Assembly (NCBI GenBank): GCA_963805945.1
Contig: CAWDVP010000002.1
Coordinates: 608,001-672,000 of the forward strand
From: Vulcanimicrobiota bacterium
GTDB taxonomy: Bacteria; Vulcanimicrobiota; Vulcanimicrobiia; Eremiobacterales; Eremiobacteraceae
Length of the DNA: 64,000 nt
Direction of reading: 5' to 3'
Positions 1-9,248 of this stretch are shown here, one piece after another; position 1 is the first letter of the stretch, and every line of letters begins with the position of its first letter. The position numbers and the translations under genes were made by a program. Below the pieces are notes generated by a model that saw only the letters and a program-made list of their open reading frames with translations, was not told the origin of the DNA and ran no database searches.

Positions 1-559
1 CCGCGGGTCGCGTGTAGTGCGGCCAGTCGAGCGCGCCGCTGGCGAACGAGTCGGCCTCGGCGCTGCCCGCGGTGATGGCCCCCGGAAGCAGCCGCACGCA
101 CGCGTCGACGAACGCGAGCGCGGGGATCTCACCGCCGGTGAGCACGAAATCGCCGAGCGAGACCTCCTGCGCCGGCACGAGATCGAAGAGCCGCTCGTCG
201 ATGCCTTCGTAGTGACCGCAGATGACGATGAGACGCGAGAGCCGCGTCCATGCGCTCGCCATCGCGTGGTCGAAGCGCGCGCCCGCCGGCGACGGCACGA
301 TGATCGTGCAGTCCTCGGGCACGGCCAGCTGCGGGCCGAGCAGTTCTTCAAGACACGCCACCAGCGGTCCGAGCCGCATCACCATGCCCGGCCCGCCGCC
401 ATAGGGCGCGTCGTCGGCGCGCTCGCCTTCGGGCACGTAGTCCCACAGGTCGTGGACGCGGATCTCCACCAGCCCCTTGGCCTCCGCGCGTCCGAGGATG
501 CTGCCGGAGAAGATAGGCTCGAGAAAGCCGCGAAAAAGCGTCACGATGTCGATGCGCAT
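1..559 (-). CDS. trmD: tRNA (guanine37-N1)-methyltransferase, runs off the left edge
   Basis: Not in the ORF track. Manual translation from CAT at 557-559 gives MRIDIVTLF...ILGRAEAKGLVEIRVHDL...DDAPYGGGPGMVM, and later GRYEGIDER and SLGDFVLTGGE, all TrmD motifs. Confidence 0.95.
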   Translation of the reverse strand, partial: MRIDIVTLFRGFLEPIFSGSILGRAEAKGLVEIRVHDLWDYVPEGERADDAPYGGGPGMVMRLGPLVACLEELLGPQLAVPEDCTIIVPSPAGARFDHAMASAWTRLSRLIVICGHYEGIDERLFDLVPAQEVSLGDFVLTGGEIPALAFVDACVRLLPGAITAGSAEADSFASGALDWPHYTRPA

Positions 560-1025
560 GGGGCCGAGCCGTTTTCGCAAGAGCCCGCCCACGCCCTTCG
601 AGCTCGGGCTGGAAGCGTACGCCGGACGGCGCTACGAAGAAGCCATCAATTACTTCAGCGCCGCGACCTCAGGCGACAAGGCCGCCGAGGCGTTCTCAAA
701 ACGCGGCGTGTGCAAACTGCGCCTGCGCGACCCTATCGGGGCTGCGGCGGACTTCGAAGCCGCGTTGGCGGTCGATCCTCGCTGCGCGCAAGCGCTCACC
801 AACCTCGGCAACCTTGCGTTAGTGGCCGATAGGCTCGACGAGGCGCGGACGCGCTTCGAAGCCGCGATCGCGGCGGATCCGGCCTACCCGCTCGCGCACC
901 ACAACTACGCCGTGCTGTTGCGCCGCGAAGGCAAGCTGCCCGAATCCGTGCGCGAGCTGCGCCTGGCGGGCAAGCTGGAGGGCGGTTCGATATGGGAGTG
1001 GCTGACCGGGAAACGCCGGCGCTGA
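558..1025 (+). CDS. Tetratricopeptide repeat protein
   Basis: TPR-like repeats (AFSKRGVCKLRL..A..DFEAAL..DP; ALTNLGNL..A...FEAAI.ADP.YPLAHHNYA). Start taken at ATG 558. Confidence 0.8.
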   Translation: MGPSRFRKSPPTPFELGLEAYAGRRYEEAINYFSAATSGDKAAEAFSKRGVCKLRLRDPIGAAADFEAALAVDPRCAQALTNLGNLALVADRLDEARTRFEAAIAADPAYPLAHHNYAVLLRREGKLPESVRELRLAGKLEGGSIWEWLTGKRRR

Positions 1026-1063
1026 GGCCGCAACAAGCGTCGCCGGCGAAACGTTTCTCTGCC

Positions 1064-2870
1064 ATGCGAGGGGCTACTGCATTCGCCCGATCGTTCGTTC
1101 TCGTCGCCCTGCTCACCGGCGGCGTCATCGTCTCGTGGACGCCTATGCCCGCCGGCGGCGCCGGCGTGCCCAGCGGGCCGGCGCCGATCGTGTCCACTCC
1201 CAAACCGTCGCCGTCGCCGACCGCCACCAGCACGCCGCCGTTCGGCGCGCTGCACGCACCGCTCTTGCACGCCGCGCATATCTACGTCAGCGAGGGCAGC
1301 TACGTGCTTGACAAGAGCTACATCGGCGGGCCGATAGACTGCGGCACGGCGCCTGCCAAATGGGGCGGCGCCATGAAAGCCAATCTGCGCGCCGGCTACA
1401 CCAGCGAAAAGGCCTATATCCAGGAGAAAGACGCCTTCGCTTCTCCGGTGCTCATCGGCTTCGTACCGGAGACGACGGGACCGAGCCTGCATCAACTTCA
1501 CCGTCAACGTCGGCCACTACGGCGGCGACAAAGCGGCGTCCGCGTTCTTCATCACCGCGCGCCACAACCTCGGCGGCGCGCTGATCTGCGTCACCTCCAT
1601 CAGCGGCACGCTGGCCAGCGGCGAGGTCGGCGTTTCGAATAGCGGCGCGCCCGTGCTGAATCCCGATCAGTGCGCCGCGCTGCCGGTCTTCGTGCCGTCG
1701 ACGACCTCGTTCTCACCGGAGCTGGTGCGGCCGGCCATCAACCCCGTCCAGACGCCGTCGCATGGCCTGGCGGTTGCGCCGGCGCTGTCGAAAGCGGCGA
1801 CGCCGTACGATCTGAATATCACCAACGATCTCCCGACGTGCACGCAGCACACCGGCGATCAGAACGTATGCGGATTCGACATCGTCAACGCGCGCGCGAT
1901 CATGATCTGGGCCGCGGGGACGAGTTGCGGCACATGGAAATTCTGCACCACGCACGTCGCTGGTTTTCGCATCTACAACGTGCCGCGCAGCATACCCAAG
2001 ACGAGCGTGCCACCGCCGAACACCATCGAGCTGAGCCCACCGGCGGTCAACAACAGCGTTGCGTCGACCGTCCACGCCACGCCGACGCCCAACCCGGCTG
2101 TTATGCAGATGCATCCCCTCATGACGCGCACACTCGTCGCGACGGTGACCGACCCAGACCACAAGGGCGGCATCGCGACAGCCGCCGGCGTCTACTCGAG
2201 CTACGTCAAGACAGGGCAGTGCTTCGTCGTGGTCGCGTATCTGCCCAGCGGTGACGAATCCGATGACAGCCCGCAGTACTGCGTCGCCGGTCCCGTCAAA
2301 GTCGGGCCGCTGATCCTCGATCTCACGCCGTCCGTCCTTGTCACTGCGTACGGCCACGGGAACGGATGCAGCGCCGCCGCGCCTTTCGCGCACCCCGGCG
2401 GTTCGGTGCTCGTCGGCTACTCGGTGACGCCAGGCACGAACGACAACCCTTCGGGCTACCGCTGCCGCCAGAACGAGGGTCTGATGAAGTTCGACTTGAG
2501 CGGCATCTCGCCGCCGCTGGTGTACAAGGCGACGCTCGCGTTCAAGAACCTCCAGAACTACAAAACCGACGGTAGCATCTACTCCTCGCCGGGCGAGTGC
2601 GTGCCAGAGTTCAACAACACCTCAGACGATTGGGCCAGCGGTGCGACCGACCCGCGGGCCGGACTTGTGAAACATGGCGACCCGATCACGGGCGTGGGTG
2701 CCCTGGGATATAACACCGTCGATGTGACGGCGGCGGTCAACGCCATGCTGGGAAGCGGCGTCAACGACGGCTTCGTGATGCACACCACCGATTGGAACGG
2801 CCCCGGCTCGAATTGCTTCACCGCTTACGGCGACTTCCACCTTACCATCACCGCCTATGGCGGCCATTGA
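1064..2870 (+). CDS. Secreted Cys/Pro-rich protein with DNRLRE-like C-terminal domain; one frameshift near 1480
   Basis: Signal peptide from ATG 1064 and a P/S/T linker. The frame of ORF 1653..2870 is open upstream to about 1480 (CINFTVNVGHYGG...). The C-terminus has MKFDLSGI...ATLAF...VDVTAAV...NDGFVM. Confidence 0.6.
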
Positions 2871-3350
2871 CTAGCGTTTCGTCGGCTCGAGCACCTCGAC
2901 CACGTCGGCCTTCTTGATGTCCTCGAGATATTCGAACAATTGCGGCAGCGAGATGCGCTCGAGCGCGTTGCGCTTGGGAGCTTTGCCCTCTTCGCCTTCG
3001 TCGCGCATGTAATAGCGGACGTCGAAGTCACCTTGCTCCTCGGTGTAGAAGGCGACCGCGTAGCCCTTGCCCTCGTCGTAGATGCGCAGGGCGTGCGGGT
3101 TGACGATCTCGATCGAATGGGCGGGATGATCGCCGTCGAAAAGCGTGACGATGAGCTCGTTGGCGCCGCTCACGTCGGCTTGCCCGAGCAGGAAGACGTT
3201 CTTGACCGAGAACAGCTGGCGCGTGCGCCGATGGCGCGCGGACATCTCATAGAAGACGTAATGGTGCACGAAGCGCGCCAATATCTTCTTGAGCGTGGCC
3301 AGCGACGCGACCGGGTCTTCGCGCTGCCCTTTGGTGTAGAATATCTTCAA
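2871..3350 (-). CDS. Hypothetical protein
   Basis: Globular-looking composition with typical codon bias. Probable TTG start at 3350 (MKIFYTKGQRE). Confidence 0.65.
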   Translation of the reverse strand: MKIFYTKGQREDPVASLATLKKILARFVHHYVFYEMSARHRRTRQLFSVKNVFLLGQADVSGANELIVTLFDGDHPAHSIEIVNPHALRIYDEGKGYAVAFYTEEQGDFDVRYYMRDEGEEGKAPKRNALERISLPQLFEYLEDIKKADVVEVLEPTKR

Positions 3351-3460
3351 GAGAGCCGCCCAGAAAGTGAGATATCCGAGAGAAAGCCGGACGCAAGCGG
3401 TCGGCCCACCAGGGACGGGGAGCTGCCTTCCCAAACTTTGTCCAACATCACGGGAAAACC

Positions 3461-3799
3461 ATGCTGAGCCCATCTGACACCATCATCGTGTTCGTCGTCG
3501 CGCTGCTGCTCTTCGGCCCGGAACATCTGCCGAAGGTCGCCCGCCAGCTCGGTGACGCGATGCGTCAGGTGCAGAACACGACCAGCACGTTCATGGCGGA
3601 GATGGACCGGGCGGCCGCGGCCGCCGAGCACCCGACGCAGTCGACGTGGAGCCCGCCGCCGGACGAGCCTGTTCCCGTGCCCGAGCTGCCGCCGCATCCG
3701 GATATCGAACACGCACTGCCGGGAAGCGATCTGCGCGCCGAAGACGCCGCCGATCTGCCGGCCCTGGACGTCAAGCCGAACGAGCAGTCAGCGCCCTGA
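3461..3799 (+). CDS. tatB: Twin-arginine translocase TatA/TatB family subunit (TatB-like)
   Basis: N-terminal TM helix, FGPEHLP hinge, amphipathic helix and a Pro-rich tail. Confidence 0.8.
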   Translation: MLSPSDTIIVFVVALLLFGPEHLPKVARQLGDAMRQVQNTTSTFMAEMDRAAAAAEHPTQSTWSPPPDEPVPVPELPPHPDIEHALPGSDLRAEDAADLPALDVKPNEQSAP

Positions 3800-4366
3800 C
3801 ATGCCGTAGAGCCGGCGCCACAGCGTGATCACCTTCATCACGTAGTTCTGGGTCTCGTCGTACGGCGGTATGCCGTGGTAACGGTCGACTGCGCCCGAAC
3901 CCGCATTGTACGCCGCGATGGCGCGCTCGTATTGCTCTTGCGGGTCGAGGCCCGAGTAGTGCTCGAGGTTGCCTTTGAGTGTGAGCACCGTGCCGTGGAT
4001 GTTCTGATCGATGTTCTCGACGTCGGTGACGTTGTCGAGCGCAGCCGTGCTCGGCATGAGCTGCCCCAGGCCGCGTGCGCCGGCCGAGCTGCGCGCCGTC
4101 GGATCGAACGAGCTCTCGGTCGCGACGACGGCGACGACGAGCACCGGGTCGACCTTCTCGGTCCAGCTCTCGCGCAGGATGGCGCTGACCATCTCGCGCG
4201 CCTCCGGTTCGTCGACGCTCGGATTGAAATAGCGGATCGCCTCGACATAAGCGGATTGCTCAGCGGGGGTGAGCGGTCGGGGCTTGTGGAGATCGGCTGC
4301 GGCCGGCCGTGCGACGCTTACGGTCACGAGCACGGCGAGCAGCGTGTAGAGCACTCTGCGCATCAT
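3788..4366 (-). CDS. Lytic transglycosylase (SLT domain) with signal peptide
   Basis: ATESSF.P.A.S.AGA.GLGQLMP.TA and AAYNAG...ETQNYV motifs. Confidence 0.92.
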   Translation of the reverse strand: MMRRVLYTLLAVLVTVSVARPAAADLHKPRPLTPAEQSAYVEAIRYFNPSVDEPEAREMVSAILRESWTEKVDPVLVVAVVATESSFDPTARSSAGARGLGQLMPSTAALDNVTDVENIDQNIHGTVLTLKGNLEHYSGLDPQEQYERAIAAYNAGSGAVDRYHGIPPYDETQNYVMKVITLWRRLYGMSGR

Positions 4367-4485
4367 GAAGATTATCGGCAGATCTTCCTCCCGTCCCTGT
4401 TCGCCCAGGGAAAGCGCCTTAAACCAGCCGTAAGGAGAACGCAAGGTCGCTTGGTTTCCAAAGCGGCCTCGGAGGGCGATGTCGG

Positions 4486-5222
4486 GTGCTCATCACTGTG
4501 CTTCTTCGCGTGCTGCCATTTATCGCGTCTGTCGCGATCGCGACTCCGACGGTGGCCACGCCCACGCCGGCGCCGATGGGCATGCTCCGAGAAGTGACAT
4601 ATAAAGTCACATGGAGTTCGCTCAGGACCGGGGGCATATCGTCTCGTACGGGGGTCTCTCTCAAGGCCAAGCAGGGCAAGCTGATCACGGCACGGTCGTC
4701 GTCGACGTCATCGCGATCCAAGACAAAAACCTCGGGGTCGAGGTCACGGAGACGATGTGGCGGGGCGGCGGTCCTTTCACGTTCAAGGGCATCATCTCGC
4801 CGGAGGGCATCGTCACATTTCCAGCGGAATCGATCTCGGAAGTCAGCCGGGAGTTGCTGCCGTATTTCGCCACGGACCTCATTCCGCCGGGCGCCGACCT
4901 CACTCCCGGATCAGGATGGAAGAGCGTTCTCGACACCCGTGCACCGAGCGGCCGTAGCGCGGCCCTGCACGATCAATACACGGTGACAAAAGTTGAGGGC
5001 GATCTCCTCACCGTGCGCAAGGTCGAAAACGCTAGCTTCACCGGCGGCGGCGCCACGACGACGTCGGATGGGACCGTTGTCTTGAAGCCGGCGCTCCTCG
5101 TTCCGATCAGGGGAAATATACGTAAGGTGATAGACCAATATACCGGGCAACTCGGCTACAAAGTGGAACTCACCATGACCTTCGAGCGCGTGTCGGACAC
5201 GCGCGACGTGCCCGCGAAATAG
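4486..5222 (+). CDS. Secreted hypothetical protein; probable frameshift near 4612
   Basis: The signal peptide and TPTP linker are in frame 4486, while the beta-rich body continues in frame 4611..5222. GGAGGG RBS upstream. Confidence 0.55.
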
Positions 5223-5477
5223 CTAGAACTTGAACTGGGAGCGGACTTCGCTGACGCGTTCCTCGACGAACTTGGTCACCGTCTTGCGCAGCGCTTCGCG
5301 ATGCTCTTCCTCAAGCCGGTTATAGATGACGTAGCCCGCGGTCGCCAGCACGGCGCCGATGACGCCGGCGACCAAGGCACCTCGCATCTCGCTCGAGCCG
5401 TCGTCGGGTAGTTGTCGGCCTGGATTGCTGCTGCTGCCGTTCGGCAGGGCGGCGTCCTTGTTGGTCATCGAATCCAT
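5223..5477 (-). CDS. Small single-TM protein (YtxH-like)
   Basis: ALVAGVIGAVLATAGY TM segment followed by a charged helix. AAGGAG RBS upstream. Confidence 0.65.
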   Translation of the reverse strand: MDSMTNKDAALPNGSSSNPGRQLPDDGSSEMRGALVAGVIGAVLATAGYVIYNRLEEEHREALRKTVTKFVEERVSEVRSQFKF

Positions 5478-5479
5478 GA

Positions 5480-5878
5480 TCAGGCTCCTTTGCGGGGTTT
5501 GGGCTTTTCCGCGCCGCGACGGCGCGCCCCTGTGCTACTGGTGGTCACGGTCAGATAGCGTGGGTACGAGCGAGCGATCGCACGCAAGCCGGACAGCGTG
5601 GTCTCCAGCACCGCCTGGGCGCGGGCGTTGCCGCCGCCGGCGAGGCGTATGGTGTAGGCGTCGGCATCGTCCTCGATGTGGGCCGCCGCCGCGCAATGGC
5701 GCACGATGCCGTACGCCGCCGTCAGGACGAGCGCGCTCACCGCGGCGCACACGATGTCGTCGCCGACGGACGCGAAACCGGCGTGGCCGGTCACCTCGAG
5801 GCTGACGATCGCGCCGGCCTGGCGCTGTGCGGCGACGCGGAGGCTTCGGTCGGACTTCTTAGAGGGTGATCTTCTCAA
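5480..5878 (-). CDS. prp: Ribosomal-processing cysteine protease Prp (YsxB)
   Basis: VTGHAG...DIVCAAVSAL catalytic His/Cys motif, directly downstream of rplU. TTG start uncertain. Confidence 0.9.
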   Translation of the reverse strand: MRRSPSKKSDRSLRVAAQRQAGAIVSLEVTGHAGFASVGDDIVCAAVSALVLTAAYGIVRHCAAAAHIEDDADAYTIRLAGGGNARAQAVLETTLSGLRAIARSYPRYLTVTTSSTGARRRGAEKPKPRKGA

Positions 5879-6170
5879 TGCGCAGCTCGGTGATCGGCTG
5901 CCGGTGCCCGTTGCGCTTTCGGATGCGCTTCTTCGGCTTGTAATGGAAGACCATGATCTTGCGGTCTTTGCCCTGGCGGAGCACCCGTGCGCTCACCTTC
6001 GCGCTGCCCAGCAGGGGCGATCCGAGGCGCAGTTCTGAGCCGTCGTGGGCGAGCACGACCTTGTCGAAAACGATGGTGGCATCCGGCTCGCCAGCGATGC
6101 GGTCGATACGGATCACATCTCCTTCAGACACCTTGAACTGACGGCCGTTGGCCTCGAAGACGGCGTACAT
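5859..6170 (-). CDS. rplU: 50S ribosomal protein L21
   Basis: MYAVFEANGRQFKVSEGD...KRIRKRNGHRQPITELRIEKI. Confidence 0.97.
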   Translation of the reverse strand: MYAVFEANGRQFKVSEGDVIRIDRIAGEPDATIVFDKVVLAHDGSELRLGSPLLGSAKVSARVLRQGKDRKIMVFHYKPKKRIRKRNGHRQPITELRIEKITL

Positions 6171-6244
6171 GCGTTGTGACCTTCTTAAGAAGCGGAGAGA
6201 GCGATGAAATGGGCTTAAGATTGCATTGCGCGACGCAAAGGGAA

Positions 6245-6274
6245 ATCCTATCACACGACCTTCGTATCAGTCAA
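6245..6274 (-). promoter_or_regulatory. Sigma70-type promoter for rplU
   Basis: TTGACT-18 bp-TAGGAT with a TGn extension, on the minus strand. Confidence 0.55.
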
Positions 6275-6309
6275 ACAGTCTTGTCCCGAAGGGCGGATAC
6301 CGAAAACTA

Positions 6310-6338
6310 TTTACAAAAAGTGTTAAATGGCCTAATAT
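6310..6338 (+). promoter_or_regulatory. Sigma70-type promoter for speD-speE
   Basis: TTTACA (6310-6315)-17 bp-TAATAT (6333-6338) in an AT-rich patch. Confidence 0.65.
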
Positions 6339-6431
6339 TCGTACTTGGTACGTGGGACAACCCGCGTCTTGGCAACCCGACCAATGGAGGTGGGCTCTCC
6401 CTGCTCGTTCACCCTGTGGGGGGTCAATTTA

Positions 6432-6869
6432 TTGAACGCACTCGGCACACACATCATCGTCGAACTGTCGGATTGCAACGCCGCGATCCTCAGCGACGTG
6501 GACCGAGTTGAGAACATCCTCGTAGCAGCAGCAAAAGAAGCCAACGCAGAAGTGCTGCAGACCGCTTTCCACCGCTTCACGCCCCAGGGTGTGAGCGGTG
6601 TCGTCGTCATCGCTGAATCACATCTGTCGATCCACACCTGGCCCGAGCTTGGCTATGCGGCTATGGACATCTACACATGCGGCGACAGCACCGATCCCTG
6701 GAAGGCCTGCCGCTACGCGGCCAGCGCGTTCCAGGCGAAGCAGATGCTGACCACGGAAGTGCGCCGCGGAATGCCCAACGAAGAAGGCGTGTACAGCCAC
6801 ACCGTTGGACGCAAGACGTCCGGAGCCGAACCGGTTGCCAAAAACCGAAAACTTTCAGTGGTACGTTGA
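6432..6869 (+). CDS. speD: S-adenosylmethionine decarboxylase proenzyme (pyruvoyl, class 1b)
   Basis: LGTHIIVEL..C, F.PQGVSGVVVIAESHLSIHTWPE.GYAA.D.YTCG. TTG start 6432 after a G-rich SD. Confidence 0.93.
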   Translation: MNALGTHIIVELSDCNAAILSDVDRVENILVAAAKEANAEVLQTAFHRFTPQGVSGVVVIAESHLSIHTWPELGYAAMDIYTCGDSTDPWKACRYAASAFQAKQMLTTEVRRGMPNEEGVYSHTVGRKTSGAEPVAKNRKLSVVR

Positions 6870-7722
6870 GCAAGTCGCCCCAGGCGAGATCCACGGCCAC
6901 GCGCTGACCGCGACGCTGGCGTCGGGCCGCTCCGAGTATCAGACCTACGCGGTCGTCGCCAGCCCCCTCTTCGGAACCATGCTCGTCCTCGATGGCGATA
7001 CGCAAAGCGCCGCCTTGGATGAGTATATCTATCACGAAGCGCTCGTCCACCCCGCCTGCGCCGCCGCGGGTGCGCCGCAGCGTGCGCTGATCCTCGGCGG
7101 CGGCGAGGGCGCGACGCTGCGCGAATTGCTGCGCGTGCCTTCCATGCGCAAAGTCACCATGGTCGACATCGACGGCACCGTCGTCGAGGCGTGCCGCAGA
7201 CACATGCCGGAATGGAGCGCCGGCGCGTTCGAAGATCCGCGCAGCGAGCTTATCATCGGCGACGCCAAGGCCTATATCGAACGCTCGGACGAGCTGTTCG
7301 ACGTCATCATCGGCGATCTCACCGAGCCCGTCGAGGACTCGCCATCCTACGGCCTGCACACGGTGTCCATGTATACCACGATCCGCAAGCGGCTCACGCC
7401 GCAGGGCCTCTACGCGCTGCAGACATCCATGGCGGGGCCACACAATTTCGCGCTGCATGCGCGTATGATCGCGACGCTGAGGGCTGCGTTTCCAAGCGTG
7501 GCGGCGTATTGCGTCTACGTGCCGGCCTTCGACACGGAGTGGGGGCTGGCGCTCTGCGGCGCCAAGGTGGCGGCGCAGACGGACGCGGCGGCGGCCCGGG
7601 CCGACGCGCACGCGGCGGCGTGCGGCGGCTTGCGTTTCTACGACGCCGAGTCGCATCGCGGAATGTTCAACGTGCCGCGCTACCTTCGCGACGCCTATGG
7701 CGCGGCGGTCCCGCTGACCTAG
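6835..7722 (+). CDS. speE: Polyamine aminopropyltransferase (spermidine synthase family)
   Basis: SEYQ, LVLDG.TQS..DEYIYHEALVHP, LILGGGEGATLRE, VDID, DVIIGDLTEP. TTG start 6835 after GGAG. Confidence 0.92.
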   Translation: MPKTENFQWYVEQVAPGEIHGHALTATLASGRSEYQTYAVVASPLFGTMLVLDGDTQSAALDEYIYHEALVHPACAAAGAPQRALILGGGEGATLRELLRVPSMRKVTMVDIDGTVVEACRRHMPEWSAGAFEDPRSELIIGDAKAYIERSDELFDVIIGDLTEPVEDSPSYGLHTVSMYTTIRKRLTPQGLYALQTSMAGPHNFALHARMIATLRAAFPSVAAYCVYVPAFDTEWGLALCGAKVAAQTDAAAARADAHAAACGGLRFYDAESHRGMFNVPRYLRDAYGAAVPLT

Positions 7723-7734
7723 TCTGTCGACGGA

Positions 7735-7759
7735 TGGAGCGGTCGAATTTATTCGACCG
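7735..7759 (+). repeat. REP-like palindrome, family 1 (single copy)
   Basis: TGGAG-CGGTCGAAT-TT-ATTCGACCG between convergent speE and methyltransferase. The same unit recurs at 20860, 34891 and 45078. Confidence 0.85.
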
Positions 7760-7780
7760 AAGAAGCGCACCTTTGGGTTG

Positions 7781-8554
7781 TCACCGCCTCGCAACTAGAA
7801 GAACTTCTCGGACTCGTGGTGGCCTCTTGGCCTTTTCGAGTCCCTCAAGCGCCTCCGTGATGAGCTCCTCAGCCGGCGGTCCGATCTCGCGGCGCAGCTC
7901 GTCGGCGCGCTCCAACCATGCGCGATAGACACCAAGAGAGCTGGCTTCAAAGTCTGCGACCTCCTCGCGAACCTCGACAGTGAATCCGGCCGCTTCAAAT
8001 ATCGGCCTGTAGTCGCGCACGAGCGTGGGAAGAAACGGGTCCACAAGGGTTTCGGCCGCCCGAACGACAGCCGTGCCGTTAGGCTTGAGAATGCGGGCGA
8101 TCTCATGGACCGCACATGGATGAATGAACATCAGCGCATCGATACTCATGACGCCGTTCACAGATGCGCTTTCGAGCCCGGTGGCCACAGCCTGCGCGAC
8201 CACAAATCGCGCTCGCGTCGTCAATCCCCGCTGCTGGGCAAGCGTTTGTGCGGCCTTCACGGCCGCGGCGGAAAAATCCACTCCCACGAGCGCCGCGCCG
8301 GTATGCTCGGTAACCCAAATGCCAGGACCGCCAAGCCCACAGGCTAGGTCCACGAACGTGTCGCCCGGTCCCACCTTCAAAAGACTGGCGATCCGAGTAA
8401 GGTCCTTGAACGTGACGGTACTATATGGTGCGAGCCAGTCAGGCAGCTCAGGATCAGCAGCGTGCATCGCCTCGCGATAGACTTGGCTTGTGGCCAATGC
8501 CGCAAATATGCGATCAAAATGGTCGGCCGGATACGCTTGCTTGGGCTCCTTCAT
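7781..8554 (-). CDS. Class I SAM-dependent methyltransferase
   Basis: FVDLACGLGG motif I, GVDFS, ARILKPNG. Confidence 0.88.
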   Translation of the reverse strand: MKEPKQAYPADHFDRIFAALATSQVYREAMHAADPELPDWLAPYSTVTFKDLTRIASLLKVGPGDTFVDLACGLGGPGIWVTEHTGAALVGVDFSAAAVKAAQTLAQQRGLTTRARFVVAQAVATGLESASVNGVMSIDALMFIHPCAVHEIARILKPNGTAVVRAAETLVDPFLPTLVRDYRPIFEAAGFTVEVREEVADFEASSLGVYRAWLERADELRREIGPPAEELITEALEGLEKAKRPPRVREVLLVARR

Positions 8555-9063
8555 ATAATGTCTGGCTTGACATAGGCGACGGCGCGGTCCACGCATTCGG
8601 CGACAGAACGGGTGCCGTTAAGGACGAGGCGCGGATCATGCCACGGCTCATAGCCGCGTGCGAGGACCTCGGCCCACGTCGGCTGATGCAGTTCGGGCAG
8701 ATCCCATTCTCGCCGTTCCACGCGCCGGCGACGCTCGATTTGGTCATCGCACGTGAGCTCAATGACCCTCAGCTTCACGCCACAACGCTGCGCAAGAGCA
8801 CGCCATTGAGCGCGCGGCGCTTCGCTGTCATTAACAGCGTCGATGATGACCGTGGCGCCAGCGCGCAAGCTTGACTCCGCGACTGCCTCGGCGATAATGT
8901 AGTCTGTCTGTCCGACCGGATCGGGTACCGCGCCGGCGCGACGCAAGGCTGCCCCGATCGCGTCAATCCGTAGGTGCGCGCAGCGCAACTCTTTGGCGAG
9001 TGCGGCGGCCAACGTTGTTTTCCCAGTTCCGGGAAGCCCTGCTACCACGATGAGCACAATCAC
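8551..9063 (-). CDS. AAA_33-like P-loop nucleotide kinase
   Basis: GLPGTGKTT Walker A, VIIDAVN, ERRRRVERR lid. Start approximate. Confidence 0.85.
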   Translation of the reverse strand: MIVLIVVAGLPGTGKTTLAAALAKELRCAHLRIDAIGAALRRAGAVPDPVGQTDYIIAEAVAESSLRAGATVIIDAVNDSEAPRAQWRALAQRCGVKLRVIELTCDDQIERRRRVERREWDLPELHQPTWAEVLARGYEPWHDPRLVLNGTRSVAECVDRAVAYVKPDII

Positions 9064-9161
9064 CAACTTGGCGGCACACGGGCTGTTCTCATACGCTCGC
9101 CCGGACAAGGGGATGCTATGCGGTCGTTGGCGTGAGGCGGTACGCGAGTTAGCATGACGGT

Positions 9162-9235
9162 GGGCCGAGCGCGCTAGCGCGGGTCGCCTTTTGACGGTAG
9201 GACGACGCCGGGTTCGATTTCCCGGAGGTCCACCA
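9162..9235 (+). ncRNA. Non-canonical tRNA-like element or pseudo-tRNA (tmRNA TLD-like 3' end)
   Basis: GGGCC/GGTCC-A-CCA acceptor, CCGGG-TTCGATTT-CCCGG T arm, and two further hairpins (see findings). Confidence 0.55.
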
Positions 9236-9248
9236 ACTTTGGAGGGGA

